Assembly (NCBI GenBank): GCA_002050365.1 | Contig: MWYZ01000108.1 | Coordinates: 16,754-80,753, forward strand | Length of the DNA stretch: 64,000 bases | Direction: 5' to 3' | From: Acidobacteria bacterium 28-1 | GTDB lineage: Bacteria > Acidobacteriota > Blastocatellia > Pyrinomonadales > Pyrinomonadaceae | Shown: piece after piece, positions 8,750 through 17,713 of the stretch | Numbering within the stretch: the first letter of the stretch is position 1 | Layout of the letters: each line of letters opens with the position of its first letter | Translations under genes and position numbers: made by a program | Notes under the pieces: generated by a model | What the model was told of the DNA's origin: nothing | Database searches by the model: none | The model's input: only the letters and a program-made list of their open reading frames with translations

Positions 8750-9397
8750 TCACTTATTCTTTTTCATTTCCTTGTTATTCATCATTACTGCCTTGTCCGC
8801 GTCGCCCAGCTCCGTATTCGACACCTGAAACAGAAAGCCCTTCATATATTCCGGGTTCTTCATCTCAAGAACCGATTCGGCGTAAAACTTACGCGCGTCT
8901 TTGACGCTTTTCTTACCCTTGACAATATCGTCGGCAAGATTCAAAGCCAGAAAGTTCGCTTCTTCCTTATCACAACGCGCCGAGATTTCGCCTTTTGTGC
9001 GCTCGACAATCACGCTGCCGTCGTATTCGGCAAGGTCGTCGAATTTATCGGTCGGGACTTGATAACTGATTGTCTGTTTCAGCATGTCCGGGTGCTGTTT
9101 TGGAAACGAATGCGGAATTTCTTCATTAACGAGTTCGGTTCGTTTCCAAGGTCCATTGTTATGCCAGACAAGTCTTTCGGCGGTCGCCTCCTGCGGCATT
9201 CCGTATTTGGCGATGACGGTTCGCGCCACTTCCTGCGGCGTGGGCTTCCAGCCCGTGATAATTTGCTCGACGGTTGCCTTGTCAACCATCATCATTTTGT
9301 CCATTTTGTCCATCTTGTTCATATCCTGGCTGGAAACGAGTCCGCCAAAAGTTAGAACTGCTAATGCAAACACTAATGTAAATCCTAAAAATTTCAT
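8750..9397 (-). CDS. Secreted hypothetical protein
   Basis: 215-aa ORF with signal peptide MKFLGFTLVFALAVLTFGGLVSS. No recognisable domain. Confidence 0.55.
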   Translation of the reverse strand: MKFLGFTLVFALAVLTFGGLVSSQDMNKMDKMDKMMMVDKATVEQIITGWKPTPQEVARTVIAKYGMPQEATAERLVWHNNGPWKRTELVNEEIPHSFPKQHPDMLKQTISYQVPTDKFDDLAEYDGSVIVERTKGEISARCDKEEANFLALNLADDIVKGKKSVKDARKFYAESVLEMKNPEYMKGFLFQVSNTELGDADKAVMMNNKEMKKNK

Positions 9398-9477
9398 TTT
9401 TTTACCTCCCTTATTTAGTTATCGGCGTATGAAAATTCTCGTCCACACGCCGTTTGATTTTTGTCCGAGCATGCCAA

Positions 9478-10149
9478 TCAAAAATTGATGCCGGTATGCA
9501 CGGCGAACTGAACCGAAGTAAATCCGGTGCCGTTGGGACGACGTTCCCGGCGCACCGGAAAATCCGCTTCGATAAAATAGTTGGTTTTGCCTTTGAGCTT
9601 AAAACTGCGCGAGGCAATCGGGGTAAATCCGTAATTTCCCGTTCCAAATTCATATGCCGCACGCACTCCAACCGCATACTTTTTCTTAAAACTGTAGGTA
9701 ATGCCCGGATGCACCAGAAATCTAAAATCCTGATTTGACGGCGTGTTTATTATCGGGACGAACTCAAAATCGAAAGCCGCCGGACTGTTTGTTCTAACGA
9801 CGAGAGCGAAGGGAAAGCCGATGATGAAATTATCCGCAATCGTCGTGGTCGTACCGTTGCCGCGGGTCACGATTGGAATCACGATTCCGACGTGACCGCC
9901 GAAACGCTGCGGTTTAGCTTCCGCCTGCTTCTTGAGTTCCGTTTCCTTTGTATCTTTTTTCGCTATTTTATTTTTATTTACTGTTTCATCCTCGTCCGTT
10001 GTTTCATCTTTGTCCTGCGTTTTCTCGGTTTCCTGCGATTCGTTGATGTTTTGCAAAATTGTTTGCGCCGACAGATTCGCCGTCATCAAGCCAACTGCGA
10101 AAAACAAAAGCAGACAGCGGATGTGTAAAAGATTTCCAAAAAAGTTCAT
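9478..10149 (-). CDS. Putative outer-membrane beta-barrel protein with acidic/Lys-rich linker
   Basis: It has the signal peptide ...GLMTANLSAQ and a low-complexity region TEKTQDKDETTDEDETVNKNK. The remainder has alternating beta-strand-like sequence and ends in an aromatic residue (...FAVHTGINF). Confidence 0.45.
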   Translation of the reverse strand: MNFFGNLLHIRCLLLFFAVGLMTANLSAQTILQNINESQETEKTQDKDETTDEDETVNKNKIAKKDTKETELKKQAEAKPQRFGGHVGIVIPIVTRGNGTTTTIADNFIIGFPFALVVRTNSPAAFDFEFVPIINTPSNQDFRFLVHPGITYSFKKKYAVGVRAAYEFGTGNYGFTPIASRSFKLKGKTNYFIEADFPVRRERRPNGTGFTSVQFAVHTGINF

Positions 10150-10281
10150 AGTTAAGTTCCTCGCATAGTTGTCTTGTGATTCTCACGACTTGCTTTGATC
10201 AAGCCGCAGGGTTGTTTTTAATCTTTACGTAATCGCAAAAGATAAGAAACGAAGGAAAAGATGAAAGATTCTCAAACGTAT

Positions 10282-11646
10282 TCATCTTTCCTCCTTTATC
10301 CGCTCGTTAGTTGTACGGGCAAGCGTCCCCGTAGTAATAGCGCGTAATGTTTGCCTTGCCACCTCCGCTTGTAGAATGTCGAACGAGGGATTTATTTTGA
10401 GCGCAAGTTGTAGGTGTTTAATAGCATTGCGACGGTTGCCGAGTGCCTGCTCGATCATTCCGGCGTGATAGAAAAGACGCGCGTCCTGTGTGCCTAGCCG
10501 CAATGCTTCATCCATCGCCGTTTTCGCTTCCGTCAGTTGACCTTTTTTGAACAGACACCAGGCGAGCGTGTCGCTGGTGAAAATGTCGGAGCGCACCTCT
10601 CGCTCGCGCTTCGCAATCGTTAAAGCCTCGTCGAGTTTAATATCGTGGTCAGCCCAGAAAAGCGCGATATTGCGCGAATAGGCGCGGCTCTCGGTTGTGC
10701 CGGCTTGCTCTATGAACTCGACCAAATCGTATTGACGCTTTGCCTCTTCGGATAATCCGCGTTGTGCATATAGATCGCCGAGCGCGATTGCAAATTCAGG
10801 CAGCGGCACACGCTCCTGAGCTTGTTTGTAAAACTTTATGGCGGAATCGGCGTCGCCGGCGGCGAGTCGGGCGCGAGCCTTCCCGGCTAAGGCGAGGTAA
10901 TAATCGGGAAAGATGTAAAGCGCGTTATCAAGCTCACGGTCGGCGGCTGCCGCTTTGCCTGAATTTATTAACAAATCGCCGAGATGGACGCGGCACCACG
11001 CGGCGGTTTCGGGATCGCCCGCCGCCTCTGCTGCTGCGCGCATCGATTCGATTGCACCTTGCGTATCACCTTGTAGCTCGCGTAGATACGAGACTCTTGA
11101 GTAAGACGATGTACCCGGTTTAATATCCATCATCGCTTGTGCCGCCTTGAAAGCCCCCGGATAATCGCCGAGTTCGACGAGCGCATCGGTAATCGCGCCA
11201 TAATTTTGCGGGTCTTGTGGCTGTATCTCCTGTGCGAGGCGCGCCGCTTCGAGTGCCTCGCCGAAACGGTGATAAGCGAGCAGGAGCATTGCCTTTAACC
11301 TGATTGCGTCATAATTATCCGCAGATGAATTTAGCTCGAACGAGCGATTAAGCGCCGCTTCCGCTCTGGCGTTGAAACCGAAATCGCCGGTTTCTCTCGC
11401 CTTCTTCAGATAAGCGGCGGACAGCATATTGTAGCCGTTCGGATCGGCGGGAGATCTCTCGATTGCGCTCTGTATCTTTTGAAGCTGCCGGTCGAAAGGC
11501 TTTGCCTGCGCGTCGAAAGCAGAGGGATTTTGGCGCACGGCTTCGGGGCGCGGAGCGTGATACGACACCGCTCGAATGCCGACGATGACGAAACCGCCAA
11601 GAACTATTCCGATAATGATTAAAAGTTTAAAGCGCATATCTTCCAT
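10282..11646 (-). CDS. Tetratricopeptide-repeat protein with N-terminal membrane anchor
   Basis: A single TM segment (FKLLIIIGIVLGGFVIVGI) is followed by many TPR-like Ala/Leu/Tyr-patterned repeats. The track ORF starts at TTG 11658, and the first ATG is at 11646. Confidence 0.8.
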   Translation of the reverse strand: MEDMRFKLLIIIGIVLGGFVIVGIRAVSYHAPRPEAVRQNPSAFDAQAKPFDRQLQKIQSAIERSPADPNGYNMLSAAYLKKARETGDFGFNARAEAALNRSFELNSSADNYDAIRLKAMLLLAYHRFGEALEAARLAQEIQPQDPQNYGAITDALVELGDYPGAFKAAQAMMDIKPGTSSYSRVSYLRELQGDTQGAIESMRAAAEAAGDPETAAWCRVHLGDLLINSGKAAAADRELDNALYIFPDYYLALAGKARARLAAGDADSAIKFYKQAQERVPLPEFAIALGDLYAQRGLSEEAKRQYDLVEFIEQAGTTESRAYSRNIALFWADHDIKLDEALTIAKREREVRSDIFTSDTLAWCLFKKGQLTEAKTAMDEALRLGTQDARLFYHAGMIEQALGNRRNAIKHLQLALKINPSFDILQAEVARQTLRAITTGTLARTTNERIKEER

Positions 11647-11684
11647 CAGAGCTAACAATTCAATAGAGATTATTGGAAATAATA

Positions 11685-11823
11685 AACCACGAAGTTACAC
11701 GAAGATTTCACGAAAAGTTTTGCGAACAAAATTTACGAGCGTAATGAAACTCGATTGATGTTGTAAGTGGTTTCCAAACTTTTTCATTTAAACTTCGTGT
11801 TTCCTTCGTGTAGCTTCGTGGTT
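11685..11823. repeat. Long palindromic intergenic element with AACCAC...GTGGTT termini (GAAG variant)
   Basis: The left arm AACCACGAAGTTACACGAAGATTTCACGAA (11685-11714) is near-complementary to the right arm TTCGTGTTTCCTTCGTGTAGCTTCGTGGTT (11794-11823). The arms are built from ACAC-GAAG-type short periodic units. Confidence 0.75.
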
Positions 11824-11841
11824 AAATTTTTATTTTTAGCC

Positions 11842-11871
11842 GGAGTCGAGTCCTTTGATGCACTCGACTCC
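11842..11871. other. Perfect 10-bp stem hairpin GGAGTCGAGT-N10-ACTCGACTCC downstream of the DUF4331 gene
   Basis: Seen directly. The flanking run is T-rich on the plus strand (A-rich on the transcribed minus strand), so it is not a canonical intrinsic terminator for the minus-strand gene. Confidence 0.4.
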
Positions 11872-11938
11872 GTCCGGCAGCGTCAGATTTGCGTTCTTAA
11901 GCTGCGCCGTTTTTCAGTGCCGCCCGCTTTGCGACGGA

Positions 11939-13552
11939 CTACGGCTGGTTGTGGATGTGCGTGTGATTGAAGCCCTCGTGCGGCAATCCGAGATACGGAA
12001 AGACGGGCAAATACGATACGTCGTTCGCAGGCACGTTGTCCGTCAATCTCGCCGCTATAAGCGCACAGTTAGTTGAGGAGCCAAACTCCGTCTGTAACTC
12101 GCCGCCCCAGAGGCGCAGAAGAATATCCACCGAATCGTCGGCGACGCGGCGACCGTTCGGGAATCCGGCGAAGTCCCCGTTCAAGACGCCCATCGGGTCC
12201 TGCGCCCCGAACGGTTTCGGCGGAATGTTGTAGTTCAGCCGCATTTCATCGGCGATTGCCGGATTTGCGGTCTGGGTTTCACGGTTGCCGGGGAAACCTC
12301 TCACCACGCCAGCCGGATAGCCCAACATAAATGAGGCAACCTGATCCCGACGATTAACGACATCGGTGCAACGGGTAAATTCCCGCAGTTGCTGCACCAG
12401 CGTGTTCGGTCCCTGAACCGTGGCGGGATTCAGAATGCCCGGAAAAATATTCTTTTCGTCCAGAGAAGGAGTCGTCGCATTGTAGAGATCCTTTAACCTG
12501 ATGGGGTCGAGGAACTCATTAAACAGCGGGTTAGCCAGACGCGACACCTGCGTGCCAACGCCGTTGTTAACACCCGGTGCTATGCAGGGCTGATTATCGT
12601 TCAAATTTTGGGAATTGCAGACCGGATGCCTCGTCCGGCTCGCGGTAGACCACACGCCGATGATGCCGTCGGTGTCGCCCGCCGCCCTTAAACGCGCCTT
12701 CGGAATCTCGACGGCGAGCGTGGAGGTGTTGAATCCGCCGGTTCCGTCCGCGCCGGGGGCTGTCGGATTGATTAAATCAAAGGCTGTCCCCAGTCCGACG
12801 TAGAAGCCTTCATCGCGCGGACCGACGAAAGAGCGCAAGCCTCCCGAATTGGGTGCGGTATGAACCGCCATCTCGGCAAGGTTCTGGTATGCGACGGTAG
12901 TGTCGCCTTGCACGACAGTTCCTCCCCTTCCCACAGCGGTAAAATTGATTGACTTCGGTCCGGGGCGATTGGGCGCGGTTCGCACGTTTTCAAGCAGCAC
13001 CCGCCCGCTGCCCGTCGTACCTCTACCGCGTTCCGTGAGCGTGTAGCTTTGCGGCTGGTTCAAATTAACATACTGCGAAGTCGGGTCAAGCGGATTCGGC
13101 GGCGGCAGAATCGTGTTCGTGGCGTAGAGATACGTGCCGGGGTCAACGATTCTGGTCTTGAACTTAAACTCGTATGTCAAATCCGCAAGTGCGTCGCCGT
13201 CCACGTCAATGAGGATCTCATAGTTGACGAAGTCGGAAAGTTTGTAGAAGTTCGGACCATTGGCAGGTTCCTGTAGCGGAACGAAATTACTGAGCAAAGT
13301 CACGTAGTCGGAGCGTCCCGTTTCGGTGCTGACGAATGCGTAAACGTCGGTGTTGTCCGCCGCCGGGTCTTCTGAAATGAACGGCGAATCACGGTGACTA
13401 GAAGCGCGGGCGGACGGCACGAGCATGACTCCCGCCATTAAGCTAGCCGTGATGGCAAGTGCGCTTATCTTAGTTAAATAACGAGCCGTTGCCGTTATCG
13501 CAACGGCAATCAATGCGATTTTTTTTGTTTTTTTTGTTTTTTTGTTAATCAT
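11939..13552 (-). CDS. DUF4331 domain-containing secreted protein (long type)
   Basis: The hallmark ASSHRDSPFISEDPAADNTDVYAFVS follows a signal peptide. The start was moved to ATG 13552, which follows an AAGGGAGA RBS. The track's upstream extension to 13810 crosses a gene remnant. Confidence 0.85.
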   Translation of the reverse strand: MINKKTKKTKKIALIAVAITATARYLTKISALAITASLMAGVMLVPSARASSHRDSPFISEDPAADNTDVYAFVSTETGRSDYVTLLSNFVPLQEPANGPNFYKLSDFVNYEILIDVDGDALADLTYEFKFKTRIVDPGTYLYATNTILPPPNPLDPTSQYVNLNQPQSYTLTERGRGTTGSGRVLLENVRTAPNRPGPKSINFTAVGRGGTVVQGDTTVAYQNLAEMAVHTAPNSGGLRSFVGPRDEGFYVGLGTAFDLINPTAPGADGTGGFNTSTLAVEIPKARLRAAGDTDGIIGVWSTASRTRHPVCNSQNLNDNQPCIAPGVNNGVGTQVSRLANPLFNEFLDPIRLKDLYNATTPSLDEKNIFPGILNPATVQGPNTLVQQLREFTRCTDVVNRRDQVASFMLGYPAGVVRGFPGNRETQTANPAIADEMRLNYNIPPKPFGAQDPMGVLNGDFAGFPNGRRVADDSVDILLRLWGGELQTEFGSSTNCALIAARLTDNVPANDVSYLPVFPYLGLPHEGFNHTHIHNQP

Positions 13553-13718
13553 TTTATCTCCCTTGTTCATAGTGATAGCCTGAATCGGCTTTTTAACGAC
13601 CGGATATCCGATTCGGCGCGTTGCCGTTTCGCCCGGTCGTCCTGTATTAAATGCTCCGTTTTGGAGCAAATATCTACGCCAAATCTTGTCTGCCGTTGGC
13701 GCAGGTATTGTCTGAAAG

Positions 13719-13913
13719 TTATTGCCGCGTGTGGTCGTCCGCGCCGCTTCCCGGCGGGAACGGTTGCGTCGGCTTGGCGACAAACGGAAACTGATTATTA
13801 AACGGCACATCGTTGCCGTTGACTTTATCGCCGAGCGGCTTGCCGTTGTTGATAATCGTGAAGGTTGCGTCCATCACGTCGTTTCTCAAACGCCGCCCGC
13901 TAAAAAACGCCAT
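13719..13913 (-). pseudogene. C-terminal remnant of a short-type DUF4331 gene
   Basis: GRRLRNDVMDATFTIINNGKPLGDKVNGNDVPFNNQFPFVAKPTQPFPPGSGADDHTRQ matches the last 59 aa of the 15375..16601 protein (46 of 59 identical by hand alignment). The DNA is also alignable to 15375-15565. It has no N-terminal domain or signal peptide. Confidence 0.7.
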
Positions 13914-13916
13914 TCG

Positions 13917-15146
13917 TTAGCGAGCAGCGAGACCGTTTGCGCCCGCCGGAAATCCGTGTCCGGCATCGAATCTCAAAAGCGTCAGACTGCCGTCGCCTTC
14001 GACTCGGAATGAACTGACGACAGCCGTAATGTTATTCAGAATATATAGATAACGCCCGTTGTCGCTCATGCCCGGGTCGCGCGGGTCGCCGCCGGTTAAA
14101 TCCGCGGCACTCGCGCGGAGTAAAGTGATGCTTCCGTTTTCTTGAATCGTGTAGCTCGTCAGCGAGTCGGAAACCGGATTAGACGTGTAAGCGTATCGCC
14201 CGTTATTGGTGATAATCACCCAGCACGACGCGGCTTGACCGTTTCCCAAAGTCGCGGTTGTCGGTGCCAAATTTCCCGTTGCCGAAAGAATATATGAAGA
14301 AGCCGCGCCCCTGCCGACCTCATCCAAAAAGGCATTGGCAACAACCAACCGCCCGCGTTTGGCAAAGGCAAAACCGAAAGGCGTTGAATCTTGCACGGTT
14401 TGAAAAACTTGCACCAGCGTCAAACGCCCGTCGTCACCGACGGTGAAGGTGTCGATCCTATCAGGCAGTCTTTCGGTTACAACCACAAAGTCGCCATTCG
14501 GATTAAATCCGACGGTGGTTGCACCGGTTAAGCTGCACAGAGCGTGCGGGTCGCCCGCATCCGTGACTAGAGGCGGGCAGATTTCGGATTGCGTCAAACT
14601 CAACGCCCGCGTTGAATTCGCTATCGGCGATAAACTGCCGTCGGAGCCGATATTAAAACCCGTAATATTGCCTTCGCTTCCGGTGTTGAGAACATACAAT
14701 AAATTTTCGCTGACGGTTAAACTGACTGGACGGTCGCCGCCGGAAGAAATTTTTTGGACAAATTCCAAACCATCGCCTTCAATTACTTTGAAAACAGTTA
14801 TCTCGTCGCTTCCCGGATTGGCGGCAAAAAGCCATTCGCCACCCTCGCTCAAAATTAGCGAACCTTGATTTTCCAACAGGTTTCCCGTGCCGCGACCGCC
14901 GGTCGAGATTGTTCCCGCATTTGCCAGACTACCATCGGCGGCTCGGCGAAAGTGAACTACGGCGTTGCCGTGAACTCCGTTGGTCATGACATAGACAGCC
15001 CCGACTCCGCCTATTTTCGATTGCGGCGTAAGTCCCGGAATCGGGTTTCGACCAAACGCCGCACTTTGCGTAAAAGTCATTATTCCAAACGCCGCCAACA
15101 TCAATGCCGTGATTGTCGCCAGTTTTCGTGTCTTATATTTTCTCAT
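13917..15146 (-). CDS. Secreted beta-propeller protein, lactonase (7-bladed, 6-phosphogluconolactonase-like) family
   Basis: The signal peptide is MRKYKTRKLATITALMLAAFGIMTF. Repeated blade-like segments have the pattern G..P..l..s..g.ylyv.n..s..i..f.v..dG.L. ATG 15146 follows an AAGGAG RBS. Confidence 0.7.
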   Translation of the reverse strand: MRKYKTRKLATITALMLAAFGIMTFTQSAAFGRNPIPGLTPQSKIGGVGAVYVMTNGVHGNAVVHFRRAADGSLANAGTISTGGRGTGNLLENQGSLILSEGGEWLFAANPGSDEITVFKVIEGDGLEFVQKISSGGDRPVSLTVSENLLYVLNTGSEGNITGFNIGSDGSLSPIANSTRALSLTQSEICPPLVTDAGDPHALCSLTGATTVGFNPNGDFVVVTERLPDRIDTFTVGDDGRLTLVQVFQTVQDSTPFGFAFAKRGRLVVANAFLDEVGRGAASSYILSATGNLAPTTATLGNGQAASCWVIITNNGRYAYTSNPVSDSLTSYTIQENGSITLLRASAADLTGGDPRDPGMSDNGRYLYILNNITAVVSSFRVEGDGSLTLLRFDAGHGFPAGANGLAAR

Positions 15147-15259
15147 TATTTTTACTCCTTGTTGTTTTGCTTGGAAAATACTTTCCCAAATGTCAATGTT
15201 CCACATCGGACGAATTTATTCCTTCCGACAACGGAAAGCCCGGAGAAACAAAATTTCTC

Positions 15260-15334
15260 CTAATTTAATTCCTGCAAAACCAATTTCAAATTTTCAGCCT
15301 GCAAAAAGTCGAATGACGGATTTGTTTCCAATAT
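15260..15334 (-). pseudogene. Approximately 24-codon remnant of a TPR-protein C-terminus
   Basis: ILETNPSFDFLQAENLKLVLQELN-stop aligns with ALKINPSFDILQAEVARQTLRAI of the 10282..11646 protein. It lies 40 nt downstream of the DUF4331 stop, with no TPR body upstream. Confidence 0.45.
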
Positions 15335-15374
15335 TGTGTACGCCGTCATACACAACGCACTTTTAGCAAGAGTT

Positions 15375-16601
15375 TTACTGTCGCGTGTGGTCGTCCGGAT
15401 TTTTTCCCGGCGGGAACGGCTGCGTCGGCTTGGCGACAAACGGAAATTGATTGAGAAACGGCACTTCGTTGCGGTCAACTTTATCACCGAGCGGCTGACC
15501 GTTGTTGATTATCGTGAAAACCATATCAACCACGTCGTCCTGCAGCCGCCGTCCACCCATTTTGCCGAAACCGCCGTCTTTGTTATTTCCGCCGCCTGAA
15601 CCTCTGTTCGGCACGTTCAAGTCGAGCCGCAAAATATCGCCGGTTTCAACCGCGGCTTTCGCCAGCATCGCAATATGCGCGTCATTTGTTCCCAAACCTT
15701 TCAGCGATTTCACGAGGTCGTCTTTAAATTTGCCTTTCGCGTCGTCTTCGGTCGAAGCGGCGTTATATTCGTCTTTGCGCGGCGGCGGAATCAGACCGTT
15801 ATTGACCAGCGGTCCGCCGTCGCGGTCAACCGTTACCCAATCGCCGTCGCCTGTAACTTGATTGTTTCTGCCGATTCTTTGACGCTCCCGACGTTGCGTA
15901 ACGGCGTTGATGCCGATGACGTTTCCTCTGCCTTTGAGCATCGAAGCCGGAACGCTGACGGCGGTAATCAAAGTGTTAAAGCCGGCGTAAGTGTCGCGCC
16001 CGCCGCGCTCGTCGAGAAGCGATTTATTCGGTCTTCCCGGATTCATAATCGAAGATGCGACGAAGCGGTTTGCGCCCGTATCGTCCAGGAAAAACGGGTC
16101 GTCGGCAACGCCCGCGTAAAATGCGGCGTTGTTCTCGCTGTTATTCGTAATGACGAATTCAGGTGCTTTGTACTCCTGGTCTGAGACAGTTGTCGGCGCG
16201 GTGAACTTCTTGCCGTTCGACAATTCAATCGTCGCCGTCTGCGGCGTAACGCGCCCGAGTCCCGGCGAGTAATAGACATCAATAAACTGGTCGGGTTTGG
16301 CATCGCCCGTGTTTTCAATCTCGAAACGATAACGAATGTTGTGGTCGAAAATCGCCATTCCGAAATGCTCGCCCGACACGACAAAGCCTTGCGTTGACAT
16401 AATCAAAACGACTTTTGAATTGTCGTTCGGGTCTAAAAAAGCGAAAGTGTCGGCTAAATCCGAGCCGCGGTCTTGCGTGATAATCGGCGAGTCAATATGG
16501 TCGGACGCGCTTGTCGGCGGCATGGGCGCAAATTGTATCGCCATCGCCGCTATTAAGAAAATAGCGGCAATCGCTATCTTTTTTCCTCGTATAAGAAACA
16601 T
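15375..16601 (-). CDS. DUF4331 domain-containing secreted protein (short type)
   Basis: SASDHIDSPIITQDRGSDLADTFAFLDPND follows the signal peptide MFLIRGKKIAIAAIFLIAAMAIQF. ATG 16601 follows a GAGGAG RBS. Confidence 0.85.
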   Translation of the reverse strand: MFLIRGKKIAIAAIFLIAAMAIQFAPMPPTSASDHIDSPIITQDRGSDLADTFAFLDPNDNSKVVLIMSTQGFVVSGEHFGMAIFDHNIRYRFEIENTGDAKPDQFIDVYYSPGLGRVTPQTATIELSNGKKFTAPTTVSDQEYKAPEFVITNNSENNAAFYAGVADDPFFLDDTGANRFVASSIMNPGRPNKSLLDERGGRDTYAGFNTLITAVSVPASMLKGRGNVIGINAVTQRRERQRIGRNNQVTGDGDWVTVDRDGGPLVNNGLIPPPRKDEYNAASTEDDAKGKFKDDLVKSLKGLGTNDAHIAMLAKAAVETGDILRLDLNVPNRGSGGGNNKDGGFGKMGGRRLQDDVVDMVFTIINNGQPLGDKVDRNEVPFLNQFPFVAKPTQPFPPGKNPDDHTRQ

Positions 16602-16873
16602 AAATTTTCTCCTCAAAGATTAAATAAAAATTATTGTTCGAGGCTCTCCGATTGATTAAACGAGCAGCCGGAAAGCCGGAAACAAATCCCCCTTGTTCAT
16701 TCTTAAAGCCGCTTGTCAAACGGATTTATTCCCGCGAAAAAAATTATTTTTTCCGAAATTCGTTTCGATACACGATTCAAATTTTTACTGGTTTATAATC
16801 AGGGTCTGATGAGATTGAAGCGTCTTGACTATTTCAGGCGAGCGATTTAATTCTCTACTTGCTGCCGGCAGAA

Positions 16874-17710
16874 TCAAATGTTTCTTTCGACTTTTGAAGG
16901 CTGGAGAGCAGCTTCCGCGTAAGATAAGTTTTCAATTTGCCGGCGAATCAAATCGGCAATTTCTCTCGGTGCTTCGAGCGGCAAAAGATGTTTGACTTCG
17001 GGGACAACGACCAGACGCGCGTTTTCGATGCGCCGGACGATTTCTCGTTTCAACAGTTTGGCGGTCATCATTTCATCCTTTTCGCCCGCCGCGACCAGAA
17101 CCGGAACATTGATTTTTTTGATGTCGGATGAAACGTCTCTGCGGCTCTCACTTTCGAGCCACGCCCGCCACGCCGCTTGCGAGCTTCTCAAATTATCCGT
17201 GACGGCACGCTCGAAAACTGCGGCGGGCAATTTTCCTCCGGCGGCGCGGCAAGCCGTTTCGGTGGCGGCGCAGCGATTACCGTGCGCGTTCAATAACCGT
17301 TTTCTTTCATCATCGAGAATCGGTTCGGGCGACGGCGGCGACGGCGCGAGCAGAATTAAAGATTGCAAATTTTTCGGCTTTCTTGCCGCCAATGCGAGCG
17401 CGAATTTGCCACCCATCGAATGACCGATGAGCGCGAAATTTTCAAGTCTGAACAACGTAATTAACTCTTGAACGTCGCTGGCGTAATCTTCGATTGCATA
17501 ATTTTCGGCAGAAGCCTCCGACGCTCCGAAACCGCGTAAATCCGGCGCAACGCAATGATAATCGTCCGCAAGTTCGGCGATAACTTCCGTCCACGCGAGC
17601 GATGAACCGCCGAAGTAATGCAGAAAGACGAGCGACGGGCGACCTTTATTATAATTTTTTGCTCCCGCCTCAAAAATATTGAGAACCGTGCCGTTGACTT
17701 TGTATCGCAT
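16874..17710 (-). CDS. Alpha/beta hydrolase fold protein
   Basis: It has the HG-type oxyanion context FLHYFGGS and the nucleophile elbow GHSMGG. Length is 278 aa. Confidence 0.85.
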   Translation of the reverse strand: MRYKVNGTVLNIFEAGAKNYNKGRPSLVFLHYFGGSSLAWTEVIAELADDYHCVAPDLRGFGASEASAENYAIEDYASDVQELITLFRLENFALIGHSMGGKFALALAARKPKNLQSLILLAPSPPSPEPILDDERKRLLNAHGNRCAATETACRAAGGKLPAAVFERAVTDNLRSSQAAWRAWLESESRRDVSSDIKKINVPVLVAAGEKDEMMTAKLLKREIVRRIENARLVVVPEVKHLLPLEAPREIADLIRRQIENLSYAEAALQPSKVERNI

Positions 17711-17713
17711 AAA

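Noticed and set aside
13553-13810. The 5' extension of the DUF4331 ORF in the track (start 13810).
   Set aside because: The extension is Arg/Thr-rich junk overlapping the DUF4331 C-terminal remnant in another frame. ATG 13552 has a good RBS and gives a proper signal peptide.
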